Shown here one piece after another: positions 16,503-24,974 of a DNA stretch of 48,090 nt; the stretch's first letter is position 1, and each line of letters begins with the position of its first letter. The DNA lies in assembly GCA_964576415.1 (NCBI GenBank), contig CAZNWX010000001.1:1-48090 (forward strand), given 5' to 3'. This stretch comes from an uncultured Magnetovibrio sp. Its GTDB lineage: Bacteria > Pseudomonadota > Alphaproteobacteria > Rhodospirillales > Casp-alpha2. Under the pieces are notes generated by a model, which saw nothing but the letters and a program-made list of their open reading frames with translations, had not been told where the DNA came from and made no database searches. Made by a program: the position numbers and the translations under genes.

Positions 16503-18020
16503 ATGGCTAAAACACCTTCAGCTTCCGAAAGCACGATCGGTGAGCTCATCCGGCACTGGGGTCGAATGTCAGCCGATAAACCTGCCATTATCTGTAACAA
16601 TGAAGCCTTTTCTTATGGTGCTTTTGTTGAGGAACTAGATGCCATCCTCCGCCACCTCGATGAAGCAGGAATTGCCAGGGGTGGGCGCGTGGTCATCGCC
16701 ATCAGTGACAAAAAGGCCTTCATCGTCGCCATGCTTGGCGTGATGTCCGCCGGCGCCGTTGCGGTTCCAGTAGTGGGCGAAAGCGCCGCCGCCATTGTGG
16801 ACATCGCTGACCATACTGACGCTGAATTAATGCTGCATGACGGCGAGGATGAAGATCTATTCGGTGACCTGCCCAGGCAGCGCTATCCGTTCACCAGCGA
16901 CACCGTGATCGGCGATGCTATGCGTCTTCATTCAGATATTGCCGATCCCGCAGTGATCTTGTTCACCTCTGGCACGCAAAGTCACCGCAAAGGCGTGGTG
17001 TTGTCTCACGCCAATCTCAACGCCACCGGCGATTACCTCAATCGCTTCCTCTATGTTGATCCAGACATCCGCGAATACGTTATCGCGCCGCCTTTCCACG
17101 CCTTTGGTTTTGGTCGGGTTCGCAGCGTGCTCATGGCCGGCGGCACGGTGGTATTTGACGCTGGCGAATTCAACGCACTAAGGGCGATCCGGGGCATTGA
17201 AACACATGCCTGCAATTCTCTTTCCTGCGTGTCCGCGACAATCATTTTGCTAGTCGAGAAATTCCGCGGGCGCACTGAGAGTTTTGCACAAAATATCCGT
17301 TGGATGGAAATCGGTAGTCAACCGATGCAGCGCGACCAAAAAAAACTAATCTGCGACACCTTTGCTAGCGCTCGAACGGCATTTAATTACGGCATGACCG
17401 AGGCCTCGCGCTCAACGTTGATAGATTTTAATCAAGAGAGAAGTCGGCTGGACTCTAGTGGCCGGGCCGCGCCAGGAACCGAGCTCCGCATATGCGATGA
17501 ACAGCGCCAACTAATGACCACCGGGAAGCTCGGTGTCATAGAAATGCGCGGGCCGCACATCGCCCTTGGCTACTGGCGCGACGATACGCTGTGGGCCAAG
17601 GCCTGTGTGGACGGATGGTTCCGCTCTGACGATGTCGGATATATGGACAACGAAGGTTACCTGTATTATGTGGGCCGTAGCGATGATCTTTTGAATGTCG
17701 GAGGTGAGATTGTCGCGCCGACAGACCTTGAATACGCTCTGCGCCAGCGCCTCGGCGATGAAGAGTTCATAATCCTGGGCGAAAGCGACCGCATCCGCGG
17801 TGAAGTGCCGGTAATCTGCTTCGAGCGTAGCGATGCCACCAATCTGGAATGGCCGGAGTTGATGAAAACGCTGATCGGCGCCGTACCGAATAAATTTCTT
17901 CCGCGCAAAGGTTACGTGGCCCCGCAATTCCCACGCACTGCAGTCGGCAAAATCAAACGCGCCCAATTACGGAACCAGATCAAATTCGGCGAGCTAACTG
18001 AAATCGAACGAACTAACTGA
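16503..18020 (+). CDS. AMP-dependent synthetase/ligase (acyl-CoA/acyl-ACP ligase, ANL superfamily)
   Basis: Core motifs 'ILFTSGTQSHRKGVVLSH', 'NYGMTEA', 'GWFRSDDVGYMDNEGYLYYVGRSDDLLNVGGEIV' and the C-terminal 'PRTAVGKIKR'. Confidence 0.9.
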   Translation: MAKTPSASESTIGELIRHWGRMSADKPAIICNNEAFSYGAFVEELDAILRHLDEAGIARGGRVVIAISDKKAFIVAMLGVMSAGAVAVPVVGESAAAIVDIADHTDAELMLHDGEDEDLFGDLPRQRYPFTSDTVIGDAMRLHSDIADPAVILFTSGTQSHRKGVVLSHANLNATGDYLNRFLYVDPDIREYVIAPPFHAFGFGRVRSVLMAGGTVVFDAGEFNALRAIRGIETHACNSLSCVSATIILLVEKFRGRTESFAQNIRWMEIGSQPMQRDQKKLICDTFASARTAFNYGMTEASRSTLIDFNQERSRLDSSGRAAPGTELRICDEQRQLMTTGKLGVIEMRGPHIALGYWRDDTLWAKACVDGWFRSDDVGYMDNEGYLYYVGRSDDLLNVGGEIVAPTDLEYALRQRLGDEEFIILGESDRIRGEVPVICFERSDATNLEWPELMKTLIGAVPNKFLPRKGYVAPQFPRTAVGKIKRAQLRNQIKFGELTEIERTN

Positions 18021-18050
18021 ACCCCGCCCTAGTTCGACTAAAAAATCAAT

Positions 18051-18290
18051 ATGAGCGTACAACCCGACAGCATAGCCCTGATCGAAGTCATCAAGCAGGC
18101 GGTTCCGCACCTCCCGTTGGTGATTGACGATCATAATAAACCCTTTGAGGCCTACGGCCTTGATTCGATCGACACCTCGGCGATCTTCATGGGCGTTGAA
18201 GAGGCTTACGACATCGCCATCAGTGACAAACAACTGGAGGATCTGGAGTGCGTTAATGACATCCTCAAGCTCTTGGCGGTTCAGTCGTGA
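18051..18290 (+). CDS. Stand-alone acyl carrier protein
   Basis: 79 aa with 'GLDSIDTSAIFMGVEEAYDIAISD', the phosphopantetheine attachment DS(I/L)D motif in helix II context. Its stop overlaps the next start (GTGA). Confidence 0.85.
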   Translation: MSVQPDSIALIEVIKQAVPHLPLVIDDHNKPFEAYGLDSIDTSAIFMGVEEAYDIAISDKQLEDLECVNDILKLLAVQS

Positions 18291-19294
18291 GCATTTACGT
18301 CATTGCGGAAATCGGCCCCAACCATAACGGTGACCTGGCGCTCGCGCGCGATATGGTGCGTCGCCTGAGTGACACCGGCGTAGATGCCGTAAAATTTCAG
18401 TTGTCTATTCCGGGGAATGTCTATTCAGCGGACGCCTACAAGGCGGACTATCAAAAGACCAATGACGGCGAAGGGTCTCCTCTGGACATGGCGCGTCGTA
18501 TCCAGCTGCCGGCGCGGGACCATCTCATCCTAGCCGAGGACTGCCGCACAGTGGGTCTGGACTACATGTGCACGGCCTTTGATATCGACAGTCTGCGTTT
18601 TCTCGATGACAATATTGAAATGCCCTATTTCAAGATTGCGTCGGGAGAAATTTTCTCCACGGACACGCTTGACTTCATGGCGCGGCGTGACCGCCCGATT
18701 TTACTGTCTACCGGCATGGCGAGCTTCAAAGATATCAAGGCTGCCCTTACTCTTTTGGAGGTCGAGGGGCCGAAGGACATAACCATACTGCATTGTGTCA
18801 GCAACTACCCGGCGCCCATCGACAGCATGAATCTGCGCGTCACCGAATCCCTGCGGGAGTGGTTCGGCAGGCCGGTCGGATTTTCCGATCATTCGCTCGG
18901 CAATGAATGCTGCCTGGCCGCTGCGGCTATGGGCGCGACGGTCTTAGAAAAGCACGTGACCGCAGATAAATCCATGAACGGCCCTGACCATAAGGCTTCT
19001 GCGACGATTGACGAAATGGCAGAATTGGTGAGGTCCGTGCGCCTGATCGAAAGTGCGCTTGGCGACGGCATAAAGGCCTTTACAGAAGCCGAGCTTGGCA
19101 TCCAACGTATGGCCCGCAAGAGCATCGTTGCGGCCGTGGACCTGCCCGAAGGCCATTTGATCGTGGCCTCGGACATTCGTTTCAAGCGACCGGGAACCGG
19201 CGTTTCGCCACTCGATGCGCATCTGGTTATTGGCAAGCGACTCCAGCGTGCCGTCACCGCCGACCGGGTGATTGATCCCGCTTGGCTGAGTTGA
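18287..19294 (+). CDS. Nonulosonic acid synthase (NeuB/LegI/PseI family), copy 1
   Basis: 'VIAEIGPNHNGDLALARDMVRRLSDTGVDAVKFQ', 'PYFKIASGEI', 'ILHCVSNYPAP' and 'GFSDHSLG', plus a C-terminal SAF-like domain ('RMARKSIVAAVDLPEGHLI'). Confidence 0.9.
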   Translation: MSIYVIAEIGPNHNGDLALARDMVRRLSDTGVDAVKFQLSIPGNVYSADAYKADYQKTNDGEGSPLDMARRIQLPARDHLILAEDCRTVGLDYMCTAFDIDSLRFLDDNIEMPYFKIASGEIFSTDTLDFMARRDRPILLSTGMASFKDIKAALTLLEVEGPKDITILHCVSNYPAPIDSMNLRVTESLREWFGRPVGFSDHSLGNECCLAAAAMGATVLEKHVTADKSMNGPDHKASATIDEMAELVRSVRLIESALGDGIKAFTEAELGIQRMARKSIVAAVDLPEGHLIVASDIRFKRPGTGVSPLDAHLVIGKRLQRAVTADRVIDPAWLS

Positions 19295-19319
19295 CTTCAG
19301 CAAGTTTCAAAATATCCTA

Positions 19320-20585
19320 ATGACTGATCTGTCTCCCTCCTCAAATACAATGCCTCAAAAGTTTATTTACGTTCTACAAACGCCCTTCACGCTGCGGGAC
19401 TATAAACGACACGGCATGGATATAATGGTGAAAAACGGCATCGAGGTTGTGGTCATTGATGCCAGTCGCGTGATTTATCCTACAATTATCTTCAACGATA
19501 GCCGCCTCAAAAGCCACGATAACATAGAGCTAGTGACCTGTTCCGACATCCTCGCCTTTCGTCGCGAGCTAAGCCGGCACGTGGATGCGGATCTGATTAT
19601 TAACCTTACGCAAAGCGGCATCTTGACCCGGTCGAATCTCTCGATTATGCGCGCCATCAGCCTTAGCACCCTTCCCTACATGATCTGGATTGGCCCGATA
19701 TTTCCTGGCTGGCGGGATAACGTGACCCGCAATCGCGTTAATCGAAGTCTGCGGAACCTAGTCTCGCTAATACACAAGAAAGATTATTTCTCGTCGATCA
19801 TCGCCAAACTGCCGATCCAATGGCTCGGTGTGCGCCATGCGAATTTCGCGCTGACAAGCGAGCCATTGCAACAACGGCCAAACAGCTTTATCGGTCCCGA
19901 GACCCGGATCATCCAGGGCAATCATCCGGATTTCAGCCTTTATCTAGATTACCTGGACGAAGACCATGAAGAAAAGGACCAGGCCGTCTTTATCGACCAA
20001 AACCTGCCATTCCACCATGACCTCCAGCATACGCGAACCAAGGGTATCGAGCCCGAACCATACTATGAGGCGCTTGAGCGATTCTTTAAGCATGTGGAGC
20101 GGACGCTTGGCCTGAAAGTCGTGGTTGCCCTGCACCCACGCGCTGATAAGGAACAAATTCAGCTCTATTTTCCCGGCCGGAAGCTGGTTCACCATGCGAC
20201 CCATCGCCTGGTCTTGGAAAGCAGGTTGGTTCTGGCCCACAGTAGCACCACTATTTCCATGGCGATCATGGCTTACAAACCGCTGATTATCATAACTACC
20301 GACGGACTTTGGAAACTGGGTGTCGAGCGAATGTTTGAGCAGGCGATTTCTAATGCCGCCGGAGTACCGTTGATTTTTGCCGACGGCATCCTGCCCGATG
20401 ACATGGCGCCTGTCATGACGATCGACCGGGAGTGCTATGACGATTACCTGGCCACTTATATCCGCAACCCCAGCACGGCGCGCCTACCGACATGGCGGAT
20501 TGGACTCGATGCGTTTCGCGAATCGTTTGGGGAGTGCAATCCAGCCCCCGCACGAAGCGTCATCACCTCGGAGGCTGCCACATGA
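19320..20585 (+). CDS. Hypothetical protein; possible GT-B-like glycosyl/nonulosonyl transferase
   Basis: 421-aa ORF with no motif I can name. The C-terminal half, 'VVVALHPRADKEQ.....LAHSSTTISMAIMAYKPLIIIT', resembles the nucleotide-sugar-binding half of GT-B/capsule-type transferases. It lies between the two nonulosonic acid modules. Confidence 0.55.
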   Translation: MTDLSPSSNTMPQKFIYVLQTPFTLRDYKRHGMDIMVKNGIEVVVIDASRVIYPTIIFNDSRLKSHDNIELVTCSDILAFRRELSRHVDADLIINLTQSGILTRSNLSIMRAISLSTLPYMIWIGPIFPGWRDNVTRNRVNRSLRNLVSLIHKKDYFSSIIAKLPIQWLGVRHANFALTSEPLQQRPNSFIGPETRIIQGNHPDFSLYLDYLDEDHEEKDQAVFIDQNLPFHHDLQHTRTKGIEPEPYYEALERFFKHVERTLGLKVVVALHPRADKEQIQLYFPGRKLVHHATHRLVLESRLVLAHSSTTISMAIMAYKPLIIITTDGLWKLGVERMFEQAISNAAGVPLIFADGILPDDMAPVMTIDRECYDDYLATYIRNPSTARLPTWRIGLDAFRESFGECNPAPARSVITSEAAT

Positions 20586-21211
20586 GCCCATTGCCTATAA
20601 TTCTCGTCGGGGCCGGTGGCCACGCGCGATCATGTATTGACGTCATCGAACAAGCCGGCAGCTATGACATCGCCGGCCTGGTCGCTGTGCCCAGCGAGGT
20701 TGGCAGCCAAACCCTGGGCTACGAAGTGCTGGGGACCGACACCGATCTGACAGGCCTATTTCAACGCTTTGACCACGCTTTGATCGCGGTCGGCCAAATT
20801 AAAACCGCAGAAACACGTATACGGTTGTTTCAGTTGCTTGAGAATATGGATTGCAGCTTGCCTACCATTATCTCCCCGCACGCCTATGTGTCGCGGCATG
20901 CGACACTCGGGGCAGGCACCATCGTCATGCATGGCGCAGTGATCAATGCCGGCGCCAACGTCGGACGAAACTGCATCGTCAACAGTCAAGCTTTGGTCGA
21001 GCATGATGCAGAAATCGCTAATCACTGCCACATTTCCACAGCCGCCGCCGTCAATAGTGGCGTCAGCGTGGGCGAGGGTACTTTCATCGGCAGCGGCGCC
21101 AGTGTCCGCCAAGGTATACGCATTGGCACACACTGCGTTATTGGCATGGGCCAGCGGGTGCTCAAAGACTACCTCGATTACAGCCAGCTGCCGCCGGTAA
21201 GAGCTGAATGA
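20582..21211 (+). CDS. neuD: NeuD/PglD-family hexapeptide sugar O/N-acetyltransferase
   Basis: 'PIILVGAGGHARSCIDVIE' Rossmann-like N-terminal domain followed by left-handed beta-helix repeats ('IVMHGAVINAGANVGRNCIVNSQALVEHDAEIANHCHIS'). ATG 20582 overlaps the upstream stop (ATGA). Confidence 0.85.
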   Translation: MSPLPIILVGAGGHARSCIDVIEQAGSYDIAGLVAVPSEVGSQTLGYEVLGTDTDLTGLFQRFDHALIAVGQIKTAETRIRLFQLLENMDCSLPTIISPHAYVSRHATLGAGTIVMHGAVINAGANVGRNCIVNSQALVEHDAEIANHCHISTAAAVNSGVSVGEGTFIGSGASVRQGIRIGTHCVIGMGQRVLKDYLDYSQLPPVRAE

Positions 21212-22218
21212 TTGAGCATACCCTGATTATCGCCGAAGCCGGGGTCAATCATAACGGCCGTCTGGATCATGCGCTTGAACTGGTTCGCCGCGCCGCCGAG
21301 GCCGGGGCCGACATGGTGAAGTTCCAGACCTTCAGCGCTGAGCGCCTTGTTACGGCAAAGGCGCGAAAAGCCGACTATCAAGCCGAGGCGCTCGGAGCGG
21401 GCGGCGGGCAGTACGACATGCTTAAGTTGCTCGAAATGAGTACGGAAATGCACGAAAAACTATTGGCGGAATGTCGGCAACGGCGAATTGGCTTTACCTT
21501 CTCCGCTTTCGATGAACAAGCCGTCGATTATGTGGCGGAACTCGGCGTTGAATGGTTCAAGGTGCCATCGGGCGAAATCACCAATATGCCCTATCTGTGC
21601 CGCGTCGGTGGGTACGCACGAAAAGTGCTGCTGTCAACGGGCATGTCAACTATGGACGAAGCCTGCGCAGCGATCTCAGTGCTTGAAGCATCCGGCACGT
21701 CGCGCCGAGATATCACCGTACTTCATTGCAACACTGAATACCCGACACCCATGACGGATGTAAACCTGCGGGCGATGAACGCGATGGCCGATGTTCTGGA
21801 CGTCGCCGTGGGCTACTCCGACCATACTTTGGGAATCGAGGTGCCCGTGGCGGCGGTGGCGCTTGGCGCCCAGGTAATCGAAAAGCACTTTACTTTGGAC
21901 CGCGATATGGATGGTCCTGACCACCGGGCCAGTCTGGAGCCCGATGAACTTGCCGCGATGGTTCACGCTATCCGCAACATAGAGCGTGCGCTCGGAAAGC
22001 CGGTTAAAGCGCCCAGCCCAAGCGAAGCTAAAAACATAACCTCTATTCGAAAGGCCCTAGTCGCACTGAGACCAATCAGGGCCGGCGAGACCTTCTCGCC
22101 CGAAAACGTAACCGCCAAACGCCCGGCGACGGGGCTATCTCCCATGCTTTGGGATTCGGTAATGGGAAAGACCGCGCTGCGGGCCTTTGACATCGACGAG
22201 CCGATTGAGGTCGGATGA
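21208..22218 (+). CDS. neuB: Nonulosonic/sialic acid synthase (NeuB family), copy 2
   Basis: 'IIAEAGVNHNGRLDHALELVRRAAEAGADMVKFQ', 'EWFKVPSGEI', 'VLHCNTEYPTP' and 'GYSDHTLG', plus a SAF-like C-terminus. Confidence 0.9.
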   Translation: MIEHTLIIAEAGVNHNGRLDHALELVRRAAEAGADMVKFQTFSAERLVTAKARKADYQAEALGAGGGQYDMLKLLEMSTEMHEKLLAECRQRRIGFTFSAFDEQAVDYVAELGVEWFKVPSGEITNMPYLCRVGGYARKVLLSTGMSTMDEACAAISVLEASGTSRRDITVLHCNTEYPTPMTDVNLRAMNAMADVLDVAVGYSDHTLGIEVPVAAVALGAQVIEKHFTLDRDMDGPDHRASLEPDELAAMVHAIRNIERALGKPVKAPSPSEAKNITSIRKALVALRPIRAGETFSPENVTAKRPATGLSPMLWDSVMGKTALRAFDIDEPIEVG

Positions 22219-23378
22219 CCCGGAAGATATGCATCATCACCGGTACACGGGCGGAATACGGCCTGTTACGTTGGGTCATCGAGGGCGTTCGGGATCATCC
22301 GGCACTGAGCCTCCAATTAGTCGTCACCGGCATGCACCTGTCGCCTAAATTCGGCGAGACTTATCGAGAAATTGAAACCGACGGCTTCACTATCGATCGT
22401 AAGGTGGATATAGACCTGAACTCGGATTTGCCGGCCGATCTGAGCCGATCCATTGGCCTGGGATTCACGGGCTTTGGGACTGTTTTTGGGGAACTGGAGC
22501 CTGATCTGGTGGTCGTCCTGGGGGACCGTTTCGAAATCCTGGCGGCGGCCGGCGCGGCAATGATGTGTCGTATTCCCATCGCGCATGTGCACGGCGGTGA
22601 AGCCACCGAGGGCCTGATTGATGAAGCCATACGTCATTCCGTTACCAAAATGGCACACCTGCATTTCGCTGCCGCTAAGCCCTACCGTGACCGTATCATT
22701 CAACTAGGCGAGCAGCCCGATCGGGTCTTTGAGGTCGGCGGACTCGGGGTCGACGGCATTCCAAGGCTTGACCTGATGGATCGGGCGGCTCTAGAAGGAT
22801 CACTCGATTTCAAGTTGGCCAAAACCAATCTTTTAATCACTTTTCATCCAGTGACCTTGGAAACAGCGAGTTCCACGGAGCAGATGACGGCGTTATTTGA
22901 GGCCCTCTCGGAGCTGGACGGCACAGGTTTGATTTTCACCATGCCCAATGCGGATATAGAAGGTGGCGTGCTATTCGATCTGATAGAGGCGTTTGTACGC
23001 CACCATCCATTCGCCAAGGCCTTCACCTCGCTGGGCCATCTGCGTTATCTTTCTTGCGTGCGGCTGGTAGACGGGGTGGTGGGAAATTCATCGAGCGGCC
23101 TGATTGAAGCGCCGAGCCTCGGCACCGGCACACTCAACATCGGAGATCGCCAGCGCGGGCGATTAAAAGCGGACAGCGTCATTGACTGCGCGCCGAGTCG
23201 GGACGCCATCACGGCCGGTCTGGCGCAACTCTTATCGACAGAATTTCGCCAAAGGCTGACCAAAATCGCCAACCCCTATGGCTCTGGAGGTGCGAGCGAC
23301 AGGATCGTCAATGCCTTGGCCCAGGCGCCGCTCGACGATCTATTAAAGAAAAAATTCTACGATCTGCCACTGCCGTGA
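22215..23378 (+). CDS. neuC: Hydrolysing UDP-GlcNAc 2-epimerase (NeuC family), copy 2
   Basis: 'ICIITGTRAEYGLL', 'VLGDRFEILAAAGAA', 'HVHGGEATEGLIDEAIRHSVTKMAHLHF' and 'VGNSSSGLIEA'. Confidence 0.9.
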   Translation: MTRKICIITGTRAEYGLLRWVIEGVRDHPALSLQLVVTGMHLSPKFGETYREIETDGFTIDRKVDIDLNSDLPADLSRSIGLGFTGFGTVFGELEPDLVVVLGDRFEILAAAGAAMMCRIPIAHVHGGEATEGLIDEAIRHSVTKMAHLHFAAAKPYRDRIIQLGEQPDRVFEVGGLGVDGIPRLDLMDRAALEGSLDFKLAKTNLLITFHPVTLETASSTEQMTALFEALSELDGTGLIFTMPNADIEGGVLFDLIEAFVRHHPFAKAFTSLGHLRYLSCVRLVDGVVGNSSSGLIEAPSLGTGTLNIGDRQRGRLKADSVIDCAPSRDAITAGLAQLLSTEFRQRLTKIANPYGSGGASDRIVNALAQAPLDDLLKKKFYDLPLP

Positions 23379-23388
23379 GTATGGCGTT

Positions 23389-24282
23389 ATGAAAATTGGC
23401 TTTGTCGGATCGGTTGCCTTTTCTGAAAACGCACTTCACCATCTGGTTGCCATTGGCCCAAAAACAAGCAGCGAGGTGGTCGGCGTCTGCGCGCTCGAAC
23501 ACGCGGCGTTCAACGCCGACCACGTGGACCTGACTGCCGCCGCAGCTGCCGCCGGCATAGCTGCCCGCTATACGCCGGACATCAACGCGCCCGAGGTGTG
23601 CGGTTGGCTCGCTGAATTGGACTGCGACGTAATTTTCTGCTTTGGCTGGTCGCGTCTTCTTGGACCCGAATTACTGAAACTGCCGCGGCTTGGCGTGGTC
23701 GGCTTTCATCCTGCGGCCTTACCCGCCAACCGCGGCCGGCACCCGATCATTTGGGCGTTGGCCTTGGGACTCGAGGAAACAGCCTCCAGTTTCTTTTTCA
23801 TGTCGGAGGGAGCAGATACAGGCGATATTCTGTCACAGGAACCCATAGCCATTACTAGCCAAGACGATGCGTCGAGTCTTTATGCTAAGATTACCGCGCG
23901 TGCGTTGAAACAGATATCCACCTTTGTTCCGCAACTGGTGGACGGTAGTTTTTCCCGCCGCTCCCAGGATACAAGCCTCGCCAACACTTGGCGGAAGCGC
24001 GGCTCCGAAGACGGGCGTATAGACTGGCGCATGTCGGCTCGAACCATCCACAATCTCGTGCGCGCCTTAACGAGACCATACGTTGGCGCACACTTCGTTC
24101 GTGACGGCGCTGAATACAAAGTCTGGAGGACCGCAGTCATCGAGACGGCGCCGGCGGATGCAGAGCCGGGAAAGGTGCTTGCGGTTTCCGCCCAGGGTGT
24201 CGATGTCAAGTGCGGTGATCAGGCTGTACGGCTTTTAGAGACAGAAGCGACTATCACCTTCACCATGGGAGACTATATTTGA
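23389..24282 (+). CDS. Formyltransferase (Fmt/ArnA-N-like) acting on an amino sugar
   Basis: 'CDVIFCFGWSRLLGPELLKLPRLGVVGFHPAALPANRGRHPIIWAL' is the formyl_trans_N catalytic segment, and a C-terminal Fmt-like beta-barrel region follows. Confidence 0.85.
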   Translation: MKIGFVGSVAFSENALHHLVAIGPKTSSEVVGVCALEHAAFNADHVDLTAAAAAAGIAARYTPDINAPEVCGWLAELDCDVIFCFGWSRLLGPELLKLPRLGVVGFHPAALPANRGRHPIIWALALGLEETASSFFFMSEGADTGDILSQEPIAITSQDDASSLYAKITARALKQISTFVPQLVDGSFSRRSQDTSLANTWRKRGSEDGRIDWRMSARTIHNLVRALTRPYVGAHFVRDGAEYKVWRTAVIETAPADAEPGKVLAVSAQGVDVKCGDQAVRLLETEATITFTMGDYI

Positions 24283-24941
24283 AAACCCTTGTTATAGCCC
24301 CGCATCCGGATGACGAGACACTAGGCTGCGGCGGCACCCTTCTCCGCCGCAAGGCCGAGGGCGCTGACACCGCCTGGCTGATGGTGACGGCGATCACTGA
24401 GGAGGGGGGCTGGCCCATTGAGCAGGTGAACCAGCGCGATACGGAGATTGATCGCGTCGCTGAACTTTACAATTTCAATTCGGTTTTTCGCCTCGATTTC
24501 CCAACCGCGCGCCTGGATAGTCTCCCCATAGCTGACATCATAGGGGGGATCGCGGAAGCCTTACAGAAATTTCAGCCTAGCGAATTGATGATCCCACACC
24601 CGGCCGACGTGCACACGGACCACCGTGTGGTATTCGACGCGGCCGCGGCCTGTAGCAAATGGTTTAGGCATAACTACGTGAAGCGTGTGCTTGCCTACGA
24701 AACGGTCTCAGAGACGGAATTTGGTTTTGGTGTCGGCAACACTTTCCAGCCGAATGTCTTTATAGATATTAGCGACCACCTGGAACGCAAGCTTGAGATC
24801 ATGAGCGTCTACGCCACCGAACTCGGGCCCTTTCCATTTCCACGGAGCCTTGAGGTTATTCGCGCCAAAGCCCAGTTACACGGCGCCACCGCAGGCTTTG
24901 CCGTTGCCGAGGCCTTCCAGCTTTTGCGTGAGCGAAACTGA
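24279..24941 (+). CDS. PIG-L/LmbE-family N-acetylsugar deacetylase
   Basis: 'LVIAPHPDDETLGCGGTL' zinc-binding motif and 'HPADVHTDH'. TTG start overlaps the upstream stop (TTGA). Confidence 0.85.
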   Translation: MKTLVIAPHPDDETLGCGGTLLRRKAEGADTAWLMVTAITEEGGWPIEQVNQRDTEIDRVAELYNFNSVFRLDFPTARLDSLPIADIIGGIAEALQKFQPSELMIPHPADVHTDHRVVFDAAAACSKWFRHNYVKRVLAYETVSETEFGFGVGNTFQPNVFIDISDHLERKLEIMSVYATELGPFPFPRSLEVIRAKAQLHGATAGFAVAEAFQLLRERN

Positions 24942-24974
24942 TTGGGCCATGCGACTCTTTAAATCACCGGCTGA

